Shown here: in pieces, positions 19,682-27,754 of the stretch
Position numbering within the stretch: position 1 is the first letter of the stretch
Layout: the number at the start of each line of letters is the position of its first letter
Notes under the pieces: generated by a model
Database searches by the model: none
Seen by the model: only the letters and a program-made list of their open reading frames with translations
What the model was told of the DNA's origin: nothing
Made by a program: the position numbers and the translations under genes
Origin: an uncultured Gammaproteobacteria bacterium
GTDB taxonomy: Bacteria; Patescibacteriota; Patescibacteriia; SG8-24
Direction: 5' to 3'
Length of the DNA: 64,000 nt
NCBI GenBank assembly: GCA_964491475.1
Contig: CAZBFO010000004.1
Span: 67,290 to 131,289 of the forward strand

Positions 19682-20179
19682 TTACTTGGAAGCCTGGGTC
19701 TTCACCTGGGCCACGGCATCGTTGAAACCCATCAGGGTGAGCGAGGAGCCGGAGATATTGCCGGAAAGCTTCACGTCATTGATGTTCTTGCCGACGACCT
19801 GGGCCTTGTAGCCGCTGATGAAGGAGTTCTGCATGAACACCGACTTCTTGTTGGTGGCCTGCGCCTTGACGTCAGCATCGGTGATGACGTTGCCCTTGAG
19901 CGTCAGCGTGACGTTGATCGTCTCCGGGCCGGCGGGAGAGGTATAGTGACCGACGGCACTGTAGGTGCCGTCCTTGTAAGTGCCCTTCGCCTGCATCGCG
20001 GCGCCACTGGCTCCCGTGTCCGTGGCCGCAGGGGCCGGAGCACCGTCCTTGGCACCGTCCTTGTCGGCCGCGGGTGCGGCGCAACCTGCGCCGACCATGA
20101 GAAGGGCGGAGCCGGCCAGCGCGGTGAGCGCGACGGCCTTCGACTTGAGCTTCTTTTCGTTCTTCACGATTGCTTCCAT
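19682..20179 (-). CDS. FMN-binding lipoprotein (probable flavinylation substrate)
   Basis: VGAGC lipobox, YKDGTY, ISGSSLT..GF flavinylation-type motif; directly upstream of apbE. Confidence 0.85.
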   Translation of the reverse strand: MEAIVKNEKKLKSKAVALTALAGSALLMVGAGCAAPAADKDGAKDGAPAPAATDTGASGAAMQAKGTYKDGTYSAVGHYTSPAGPETINVTLTLKGNVITDADVKAQATNKKSVFMQNSFISGYKAQVVGKNINDVKLSGNISGSSLTLMGFNDAVAQVKTQASK

Positions 20180-20348
20180 AGTGCGTGGTTAAGTGCGTGA
20201 ATTGCTGGCAAAATGCATGACAGTCCTGACTATACTACAGCCTGTCGTTTTGGCAAAGAACGGCGGTGCATAAGGCATTCCAAAACCGTGACGATGTGCT
20301 AGCGTTGTTTCGTATCGCATTTACCCTTCTCCTCTTCCGAAAACTCTT

Positions 20349-20885
20349 ATGCGCATTTCGTACGGCACCAGGCTCCTCGCCGCCACGGCCCTGCTCGCAT
20401 CGCTTGTTCTCGTTGGCGCGGGCTGCAAGGCCCCTAAATCCGGAGAAACGTCCGCGGGACCGTCTGCCGGCGTGACTGCGCCGCCGAGCGGCCCAGGCGC
20501 AGGGATGCCCTACCCGACGACGACTCCTACTCCCGCCGCCCCTCCGCGCAGGGTCACCATCCCGCTTCGTGACGTGAAAGGCGGAACGTCTCAATACGGA
20601 TCGGTGACGCTCACCGACTTGCCGGGCAACTCCACGCGCGTCGACATCGCCCTTGCTGGCGCCAAGTCGAAATCGGTACAGCCGGCCGCCATCTACGCCG
20701 GCACCTGCGCGACGCAGCAGGCCGAAGTGCAGTATCCGCTGAACCCGGTGGTGAACGGCAAATCGAGCACCGCGCTTGCGGTGAACATCGGCGCAATTCT
20801 CGACAAGGCTCCGCAGGCGCTCAAGGTCCGCGAAGACGGCGCGACGCCCAACTTGCCCTTCGCAGCCTGCGCGGAACTCAAGTGA
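20349..20885 (+). CDS. lipoprotein with CHRD/SOD-like beta domain
   Basis: LVGAGC lipobox, Pro-rich linker, QPAAIYAGTC...YPLNPVVNGKS...ACAEL. Confidence 0.65.
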   Translation: MRISYGTRLLAATALLASLVLVGAGCKAPKSGETSAGPSAGVTAPPSGPGAGMPYPTTTPTPAAPPRRVTIPLRDVKGGTSQYGSVTLTDLPGNSTRVDIALAGAKSKSVQPAAIYAGTCATQQAEVQYPLNPVVNGKSSTALAVNIGAILDKAPQALKVREDGATPNLPFAACAELK

Positions 20886-20975
20886 AGAAAAGCAAAAGCC
20901 GGCAGAGAGCCGGCTTTTTGGCACAAATAAAGACGTCCCCCGGCAAAAGATTGCCGGGGGACGTGCGCTGACGGG

Positions 20976-21635
20976 TTACTGCTCCCAGAGCTTGGCGAAA
21001 CCTCTCACCGTCGCCGGGGCGGTCGGAGTCGTGAACAGCTCACGACGGAGATCGGACGGATCGAGATCGTCAGTCAGCGTCTCGATGAGGCTGTTGACGC
21101 TGACATCGTCCGCGAGCACCGAAGTGCGGATGCGGAAGCCCTGGCACTCCTTGAGTCCGGCCAACCTCACGCGGGTGAGGCCGTAGACCAGGAGCTCGAG
21201 GTGCGGGCTGTGACCCACGACGAGCACGCGCGCGTCGCGGGGCAGGCTCAACACCCACTCCTTGAAGAGCTGCACGACCGTCGCGCTGGTCTCCTCTGCC
21301 AAGTCGGCATCGAAGGCGAACGCCGCAGCGACCATGTCGTCGCCTGCCTTCTCGGCCTTGTGGCAGATGTTCCACATCTGCTGCAGGCCGGGAGACAGGA
21401 CGTAGAGAGGAGCCACGGAGGCCTTCCTCTCGACATCGGTCCATCGGGCGCCTTCGGCGAACGCCTCGAGCGTCTGCATGGTGCGCGGGACGGCGCTGAC
21501 GAAGAAGTTATCGAACTGCTTGCCGATCAGGAACTCCTGACCGACGGCGCGGGCGAACAGCTTTCCGAGCGATCCGACCGTGCCCATCTTGTCGCCGTCC
21601 TTGATCGAATGCCTGCGGAACTCGAATGTGGTCAT
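20976..21635 (-). CDS. histidine phosphatase superfamily protein
   Basis: RRHS (RH motif), S...RTMQT, LVVGH. Confidence 0.75.
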   Translation of the reverse strand: MTTFEFRRHSIKDGDKMGTVGSLGKLFARAVGQEFLIGKQFDNFFVSAVPRTMQTLEAFAEGARWTDVERKASVAPLYVLSPGLQQMWNICHKAEKAGDDMVAAAFAFDADLAEETSATVVQLFKEWVLSLPRDARVLVVGHSPHLELLVYGLTRVRLAGLKECQGFRIRTSVLADDVSVNSLIETLTDDLDPSDLRRELFTTPTAPATVRGFAKLWEQ

Positions 21636-21817
21636 TATGCTTCTCCAGGGTTGGAATGTGTGGTCATCGCTGCTGAAAATGGTGTTTCAGCAACCGTGCA
21701 AGATAGCACAAAAGCGGCATTTTGTCAACGGTATCAGGGAGTATTTTTTCCTAAATTAAGCCATATAATTTGCATGAGAAAAGAAAAAACCCCGCAACAA
21801 GCGGGGCGTGGCGACCT

Positions 21818-22813
21818 TTACGGCCGCCGTTTGGCTTCATCTTCGGCCAGACAGAGGAGCCCGACGTTGCGCATCCCTTCGATGCCGCCGACTTCGGGCT
21901 CACGATCTTCACGGATCGCCGTGATGAAGTCCTGCAGCTCCCCCACGTACGGATCGACCGGCGTGAAGTCGAAGGGCTCTCCGTCCACGGTGATCGAACC
22001 GGTGCCGCGGGCGCCGAGCGTGTCGACGCATTCGATGACGGACCTGGAGCCGTGGATCTCCATTCGCTTGTAGCGAGGCAGCACCACCGACACGGAGATC
22101 GAAGCCGTGGCGCCGTTTTTGAAACGCAACGCAATCGTCGCAGACTCGTCGCGTCCGCTCCTGAAACAGGAATCGGAAGTCACGGCACGAACCGAGGTCA
22201 CTTCGCCGCAGGTCGGCATCATGAACCAACGAACGAGATCAAGGCAGTGCGAACCGAGCGCGGCCATGGACCACCAGCGTCCGACTTTGCCTTTCGCCCG
22301 CCAGTTGTCGGCGCCTTTGGCCGGACTGGCCCAGTGCACGTTCATATGGCGCAAATCGCCGACGAAGGGTCCGGCGCGAAGCGCGTTTGCCAGCTTTCGA
22401 TGGCCCGCGTGCCAGCGGTTGTGGTAGGCGATGCCCAGCTTCACTCCCGCGTTCCAGCACTCTTCCGTCATGGCCAGCGTCGCATTGACGTTGGTGGCCA
22501 TCGGCTTTTCGCAGAAGACGTGCTTGCCTGCCTTCGCGGCGGCGATAGCTTGCTCGGCGTGCAGCCCGTCGGGCGTGGCGATGATGACGGCGTCGACGGT
22601 GGGGTCGGCCAGCATCAGGCTGTAGCTGCTATAGGCAGGTTGCTTTGAAAGCGGACGATGCTTCTCGACGAAGCGGCGAGCCTTCCCGGAGTCAGGATGC
22701 ATCACCGTCCAGAGAACGCCGTCGCTGACGTTGCGAAGTGCCGGAGCCAAATGCGTGTCTGCGGCCTCGCCACAGCCGACCATCGCGAACCTGATTGGTC
22801 TCGGAATCGTCAT
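21818..22813 (-). CDS. Gfo/Idh/MocA family oxidoreductase
   Basis: VGCG Rossmann motif, IATPDGLH, GKHVFCEKP, LGSHCLD. Confidence 0.9.
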   Translation of the reverse strand: MTIPRPIRFAMVGCGEAADTHLAPALRNVSDGVLWTVMHPDSGKARRFVEKHRPLSKQPAYSSYSLMLADPTVDAVIIATPDGLHAEQAIAAAKAGKHVFCEKPMATNVNATLAMTEECWNAGVKLGIAYHNRWHAGHRKLANALRAGPFVGDLRHMNVHWASPAKGADNWRAKGKVGRWWSMAALGSHCLDLVRWFMMPTCGEVTSVRAVTSDSCFRSGRDESATIALRFKNGATASISVSVVLPRYKRMEIHGSRSVIECVDTLGARGTGSITVDGEPFDFTPVDPYVGELQDFITAIREDREPEVGGIEGMRNVGLLCLAEDEAKRRP

Positions 22814-22940
22814 TTCTCTTTCCTTTTCCAAAGGGCAATGCGCAAAACACCGTGCTTGCGACCGCTGAACTTAGCCAAAGAAACGCGGGGTTGTCAATCG
22901 TCAGCCAAAAGAAAAAGTCCGGGAACACCCGGACTTGCCG

Positions 22941-23507
22941 TTACATTGCCGGACCCATCGGAGGATGACGGGTGCCGAACAGGCGAATCAACTCCGCGAA
23001 CTTGTGCAATGCCGCAGTATGCAGCGGGAACGCGAGAGTCTCGTCGCCCTTGAGGATGACCAGCTCCTGGGTCTCGTTCTCCCCCGTTTCGGGGTTGGGC
23101 ACCTGCACCAGTTCCGGCAGCTCCGGCAAGTGCAGGTCGACGATGCCGAAGGTGAGGTGGTGCCGACCGTCGTTGCCGGTCATGGTATCGAACAGGGTGA
23201 CCTGCTCGACGGCGGCGACGATGCCGGTTTCCTCGTGCAGCTCGCGCACCAGCGCCTTCTGCCAGGTTTCGCCGTAGGTGTGGAAGCCGCCTGGCAGTGC
23301 CAGTTCACCTCTCTTCTCCTCCAGGCCCCGGCGCACGCCCAGAATGCCGTCGGCGACGCGCACCAGCGCCACGCTGACCGTGGGCGGGTTGCGGTACGTG
23401 ATGTAGCCGCATGCACCGCACTTGCGCGGCCAGTCGAATTCGCCGTGATCGGTCGCGTAACCGGTACCGCAGCACGAACAGTGCGAGAACGGCTTCGGAT
23501 CCTTCAT
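22941..23507 (-). CDS. Nudix hydrolase with N-terminal zinc ribbon
   Basis: CSCCG...CGACG...YRNP; Nudix box GGFHTYGETWQKALVRELHEETGI; 10 bp downstream of nadA. Confidence 0.9.
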   Translation of the reverse strand: MKDPKPFSHCSCCGTGYATDHGEFDWPRKCGACGYITYRNPPTVSVALVRVADGILGVRRGLEEKRGELALPGGFHTYGETWQKALVRELHEETGIVAAVEQVTLFDTMTGNDGRHHLTFGIVDLHLPELPELVQVPNPETGENETQELVILKGDETLAFPLHTAALHKFAELIRLFGTRHPPMGPAM

Positions 23508-23517
23508 GATGACCTCC

Positions 23518-24711
23518 TCATTTGACCGTCAGCATGCGATCGATGGCCACTTTGGCCCGCGTCGCGGCTGTACGGTTGAGACGAATGACGTTCCCGTCGA
23601 TGACTTCGCTGGCCGCAGGCACGGCATCGTCGAAGACGATCTCGTACTTGTCTTCGCGGAGCGAAGCCGCCAGCTTCTCCAGGGTGTTCTGCTTCATGAA
23701 GTCGCAGACGGCGTCATCGGAGATGGGATGGAAGGTGCGGTCCGGGCACAGCTTGCGAAGGCGATAGATCATCCCCTTCTCCGTGCCGACCACGAAGGTC
23801 TTGGCGCTGCTCTCGCGCACGCGTTCCAGCATGCCTTCGGTCGAGCGGTAGTACACCCGGTTCTTGGGCAGCAGGCCGGCGTTGAGCTTGAACAGGCAGG
23901 CCGAGGCGCAGCCGCACTCCGGGTGGAGCAGCAGCTCGGAGTCCTCGTACTTGTCGAGGGCTTCCTCGGGCGCGTCGGCGCCGATGCGCTCGTGCACGTA
24001 GCAGCAGGCGTTGTAGCCGGCGAAGGGGTTGGCGTAGACCTCGATGTTGTCGGGATCGACTGCCACGCCTTGCGCGGAAGCTAGCTCCAACGCGCGTGCC
24101 TTCATGACCAGGCCGAGGAACTTGTCGGGCATCACCAGGATTTTCTTTCCCGGATTCAGCCTGGCCGCCTCGACGATGATTTTGTCGGTGTTGGCGCTGG
24201 TGCTGATGTAGTCGCTCATGGTCTTGGCCAGCACGTCGCTGTTGACGTAGGTGACCACGATGCCGCCGGGGTTGCGCTGCTTCCAGCGCTCCACCCAGGC
24301 GTGATCGGTGCCGCGCACCAACGAGCAGCTGTGCACGGCCGGGTCGCCCTGCACGAACACGCGCGTGCCCTCGCCCGCGATGATCTTCGCCGTCGCGCCC
24401 ATGAAGTGCACGCTCGAGAAGTCCACGCGGGGCGCCTTGAGGTCGCGGACCTTGAACGACAGCCCCAGCGAATCGCCGACGAAGTGCGCGACTTCGTGCA
24501 GCTCGGGGAACTGGTAGTTGTGCGCCACGATGGTCGACTTCTTCTGCTCGGCCAAGATGCGTGCCTCGACGGCCATGTCGGCCAGGTCGGTGCAGATATC
24601 CTTGGTGTAGCGCCCCGGGTAGAGGTCGCCGGCAAGCCGGTTGAAGTCCTCATGCCATTGGGCCGCGATGGCCTTCACGCAGGATCGCCAGATGATTGCG
24701 CGTCCTCGCAT
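23518..24711 (-). CDS. nadA: quinolinate synthase NadA
   Basis: AHNYQ, GDSL, VHFM, CSL, YVNS, PDKFLG, CYVH, HPEC, STEGM, VGTE, C.FMK; three Fe-S cysteines present. Confidence 0.92.
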   Translation of the reverse strand: MRGRAIIWRSCVKAIAAQWHEDFNRLAGDLYPGRYTKDICTDLADMAVEARILAEQKKSTIVAHNYQFPELHEVAHFVGDSLGLSFKVRDLKAPRVDFSSVHFMGATAKIIAGEGTRVFVQGDPAVHSCSLVRGTDHAWVERWKQRNPGGIVVTYVNSDVLAKTMSDYISTSANTDKIIVEAARLNPGKKILVMPDKFLGLVMKARALELASAQGVAVDPDNIEVYANPFAGYNACCYVHERIGADAPEEALDKYEDSELLLHPECGCASACLFKLNAGLLPKNRVYYRSTEGMLERVRESSAKTFVVGTEKGMIYRLRKLCPDRTFHPISDDAVCDFMKQNTLEKLAASLREDKYEIVFDDAVPAASEVIDGNVIRLNRTAATRAKVAIDRMLTVK

Positions 24712-24760
24712 CGTCTCTATCCTTTCTTTGATTGGGTTGCATGACAAGGAACGACGTACA

Positions 24761-24789
24761 AACCTAGCATCGACAGGGGTCACCGTCAA
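24761..24789 (-). promoter_or_regulatory. sigma70 promoter of nadA
   Basis: TTGACG-17-TAGGTT. Confidence 0.6.
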
Positions 24790-24843
24790 CGCCAGGCGTC
24801 AGAGACCGTACCACGCTGCAGCCGTCCTTTGCGGAAAGCCGAA

Positions 24844-24869
24844 TCAAATGTACCTTTACAGTACATTTA
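24844..24869. promoter_or_regulatory. palindromic operator TGTAC-N7-GTACA (site 2)
   Basis: AAATGTAC-CTTTACA-GTACATTT immediately upstream of the TrmB start. Confidence 0.65.
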
Positions 24870-24881
24870 ACGTTTACCATC

Positions 24882-25607
24882 ATGCCCCTCTCCCCCGCAG
24901 CGCTTTTCGTTCGTGCCGGCCTCACCCGAGACGACGGCCTTGCGTATGCCGTCCTGGCCAAGCATGACGGCATCTCCATCGCCGACATCTGCCGCAAGAT
25001 CGGCCTGCACCGACCGGCCGCGTATCGCGCCTTGGCCCGCCTGGAAAAAGCCGGGCTCCTGCGCAAAACGAAACGCGGAAAACGGTTCATCTACTCCGCC
25101 GCCGATCCGGACAGGCTGGAACGCCTGCTTGCCCGCGCGGACGCGGAAAACGCACGTTCCGCCGAGATGTTCAACACCGTGCCGTCCGGCAACGGCGTCG
25201 TGACCGTGCTGCGCGGCAGCAAAGGGCTCGCGACGGTGCTCGACGACTTGGCACGCACGCTCGGCAAAGACGAAATCTTTTACCGCATCTCGTCGCGCAA
25301 GCCGAGCACCAGCGTCGAGGGCTTCGTGCCGAAGGACTTCCTGCGCACGCGCGACGGCAAAAAATTGCAGCAGTTCGTGCTATGCAACGCCGCGCTCCGC
25401 GCCGCACCGCACAAGAAACGCATCGACGGCCTCTCGAAGGTGGTGCCGGAAGGCGGAGCGCCTTTCGAGTACGACATCGCGCTGGTCATCTACGGCGACA
25501 AAGTCGCCACGGTCGACTACGCCGCAAAACAGGCGGTGGTCGTAAAAAATGCGCGACTGGCCAAGTTCCATATTCGTCTCTTCAAGATGCTTTTTGATCG
25601 GATATAA
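24882..25607 (+). CDS. TrmB-family transcriptional regulator
   Basis: wHTH (GL...Y..L...I....GL.R..AY.AL..L...GL), A.DP..L, C-terminal IYGDKVA..D effector domain. Confidence 0.85.
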   Translation: MPLSPAALFVRAGLTRDDGLAYAVLAKHDGISIADICRKIGLHRPAAYRALARLEKAGLLRKTKRGKRFIYSAADPDRLERLLARADAENARSAEMFNTVPSGNGVVTVLRGSKGLATVLDDLARTLGKDEIFYRISSRKPSTSVEGFVPKDFLRTRDGKKLQQFVLCNAALRAAPHKKRIDGLSKVVPEGGAPFEYDIALVIYGDKVATVDYAAKQAVVVKNARLAKFHIRLFKMLFDRI

Positions 25608-25648
25608 AAGACCCCCATCATTGATGGAGGCCTGATGAGATGCGCGAC

Positions 25649-25984
25649 CTAACGACGCATGCCCTGCCGGGGCCGCAGCTTTGGCGCGTTCTCGCGAAGC
25701 GTCTTCGCGGCTGCGGCGCGTTCCGGATTCGCCTCGGCCCATTCTTTGTCCGTCGGCAGCGAAACGAAAGGTTCCGGAAGGACGGTCTGGGCGCCGCAAC
25801 AAGGGCACATCATGACCGTCTCGTCGCGGGCCCCGCCGATGTCGTGCGTGTGCTTCTGAAAAAGATCCGCTTTGGTGACGCGGAGCAAGGCTCCGCAGCC
25901 TGTGGGACCGTTGTATTCGGTGCCCGTGCACTCGAACTCTTTGCTCCAGCCATCCTGCTCCCGTCCAGGTCGAACGATTTCCAT
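25649..25984 (-). CDS. small zinc-ribbon-like protein (paralogue 1)
   Basis: GGAGGA SD; WSKEFEC...GCGALL...CPCCG. Confidence 0.7.
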   Translation of the reverse strand: MEIVRPGREQDGWSKEFECTGTEYNGPTGCGALLRVTKADLFQKHTHDIGGARDETVMMCPCCGAQTVLPEPFVSLPTDKEWAEANPERAAAAKTLRENAPKLRPRQGMRR

Positions 25985-26100
25985 GTTTCCTCCGTGGTCG
26001 GCGTACCGACCCGAGGATGCTGCCAGAAAAAGCCGTTTTTGTCAACGGTGCCTCGTCCGTCGCGGTATAAAAAACCCCCGACGAGCGTCGGAGATTTCGT

Positions 26101-26877
26101 TCAAGCGGTTCGCGGATACAGTTCCTTGAACGCATCGATGATTTCGACTTTGCGGTAGAGCGGCAGCGGCGCCAAGCTGCGCCCCTTGCGGTTGCCGGGC
26201 GCGTTCCACGGGCGGCCCGTGACCATCACGCTCAACACCTTTTCGCCCAGCGGCCGGACGTAGTGCCAAGCGGTCGGATCGACCATCTCGTACTTTTCGC
26301 CGTTGCCGATGACTTTGGCGTTGCCCTTCGGCGGCGCAGGTCCGTCCGATGGCCCGTGTCCGTACGCCGTTTCGTACCAACCGCGGCAGATGCGCATGGC
26401 CGAGGGCCACGGGTGCGGGTGATACAACGGCTCGCTGGCGTAGCAGGGATGAATGACGTGCAGGCACAGCCGACCGTCGCCGTACGGCATCCAGACGCGT
26501 TCCACGTTGGGCTTTTCGTCTGCGATGAGCAGGCTCTCCCACTCGGGAACGTGCAACAGCAACGCCGGCAGCTCGCGTTCGGCCTGTTCGAGCGTCGGCA
26601 GCATGCTGCCGCCGGGCGTGCTTCCCCAAGCGAAGCGGTCGCAGGGATGCTGGCGCGTCTCGACGAAGCGCTTGCAGTTGCGAAGCATCAGCTCCGGGTC
26701 CAGCAAGGTCTCGGCATGGACACCGTCCGGCAACAGGCCGTACAGCTTTTCGTCGTCGATCCAACAGCGGTCGTCGCCGCGCTGGTCGCGGTGGGCGCGG
26801 ATGCCGTGGCGAAGACGCCGCACTTCCTGCCGCAACTTTTCCTTGTTGAGGACCAAAAGGTCGTCGTCTTTGGACAT
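26101..26877 (-). CDS. two-domain protein: HRD..G...CW domain fused to a cupin-like domain
   Basis: AGGAGGA SD; HRDQRGDDRCW...C; then LH, HPHPW...YE, WHYV. Confidence 0.6.
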   Translation of the reverse strand: MSKDDDLLVLNKEKLRQEVRRLRHGIRAHRDQRGDDRCWIDDEKLYGLLPDGVHAETLLDPELMLRNCKRFVETRQHPCDRFAWGSTPGGSMLPTLEQAERELPALLLHVPEWESLLIADEKPNVERVWMPYGDGRLCLHVIHPCYASEPLYHPHPWPSAMRICRGWYETAYGHGPSDGPAPPKGNAKVIGNGEKYEMVDPTAWHYVRPLGEKVLSVMVTGRPWNAPGNRKGRSLAPLPLYRKVEIIDAFKELYPRTA

Positions 26878-27012
26878 CGTTCCTCCTAGCGCCTTTCGGC
26901 AAGCGCATTGAAGCAGCAGCGCGGGCGACGGTCAACGGCGTTGACTCGCGTTGCGCGAACGGGTAGGTTGGACCATCGGCAATCGCCGCAACAAGCATAA
27001 GGAGGATGGCCG

Positions 27013-27582
27013 ATGAAGTCAGCCCGTTTGTTCCTTTCGTTCATCGTCGGTGCGGTCGCGCTTGTCATCGCATGCAAGCGCGTTCCCCCACTGCCCGACG
27101 CCGACGGCACCGACATCGTCACGCGCAAACAGCCTGCGGAGTGGAGCATCGTGGAGCGGCCGGCATTGCCGCCGCCCGTGACGCTGAAGGACGGCGGCTG
27201 CGTCCGTCGCGGACCGCTGCCCGACCCGCTGTGCACGCCCGGCAAGGCCAACCCCGGCGTAAAGGCCACGCACATCTGCACGCCGGGATTTTCCAAGAAC
27301 CTGCACGGTGCCACCGACAAAACGAAGCGCAAAGTCTTGCAGATGTACGGCGAGACTTCCGGCGCGGGCGAGATCGACTACCTCATCTCGCTGGAGCTGG
27401 GCGGTTCGACCGATGCCAGCAACCTCTGGCCGGAACGCGCCGAGCCTCGTCCGGGACTGCACGAAAAGAACAAGGCCGAGGAATACTTGCGCCGCCAAGT
27501 CTGTCAGGGACACATGACCCTGGAAGAAGCGCAGCGCCTCATCGCCGCCGACTGGATGGCCGTCTACCGCAGCATGCGGTGA
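27013..27582 (+). CDS. exported HNH-fold protein, apparently catalytically degenerate
   Basis: Signal peptide/lipobox (VIAC), LPDP.CTPG, ICTPG, EIDYLISLELGG...NLWPE, VCQG...EAQ..IA.DW. Confidence 0.7.
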   Translation: MKSARLFLSFIVGAVALVIACKRVPPLPDADGTDIVTRKQPAEWSIVERPALPPPVTLKDGGCVRRGPLPDPLCTPGKANPGVKATHICTPGFSKNLHGATDKTKRKVLQMYGETSGAGEIDYLISLELGGSTDASNLWPERAEPRPGLHEKNKAEEYLRRQVCQGHMTLEEAQRLIAADWMAVYRSMR

Positions 27583-27754
27583 CAACTCCGAAACGCCCGC
27601 CGCTTGGCGGGTTTTTTCTTTGCCGCGGCTCCCGTTACCAATCAAGGTCTCTGACTCCCCACCACCTTTGACGAAAGCACGGATTTACGCTGATATGAGC
27701 ACCGAAGCAACGGTGCTTCGCCCGTACATTCACACCCACATTCGGAGAATGCTC

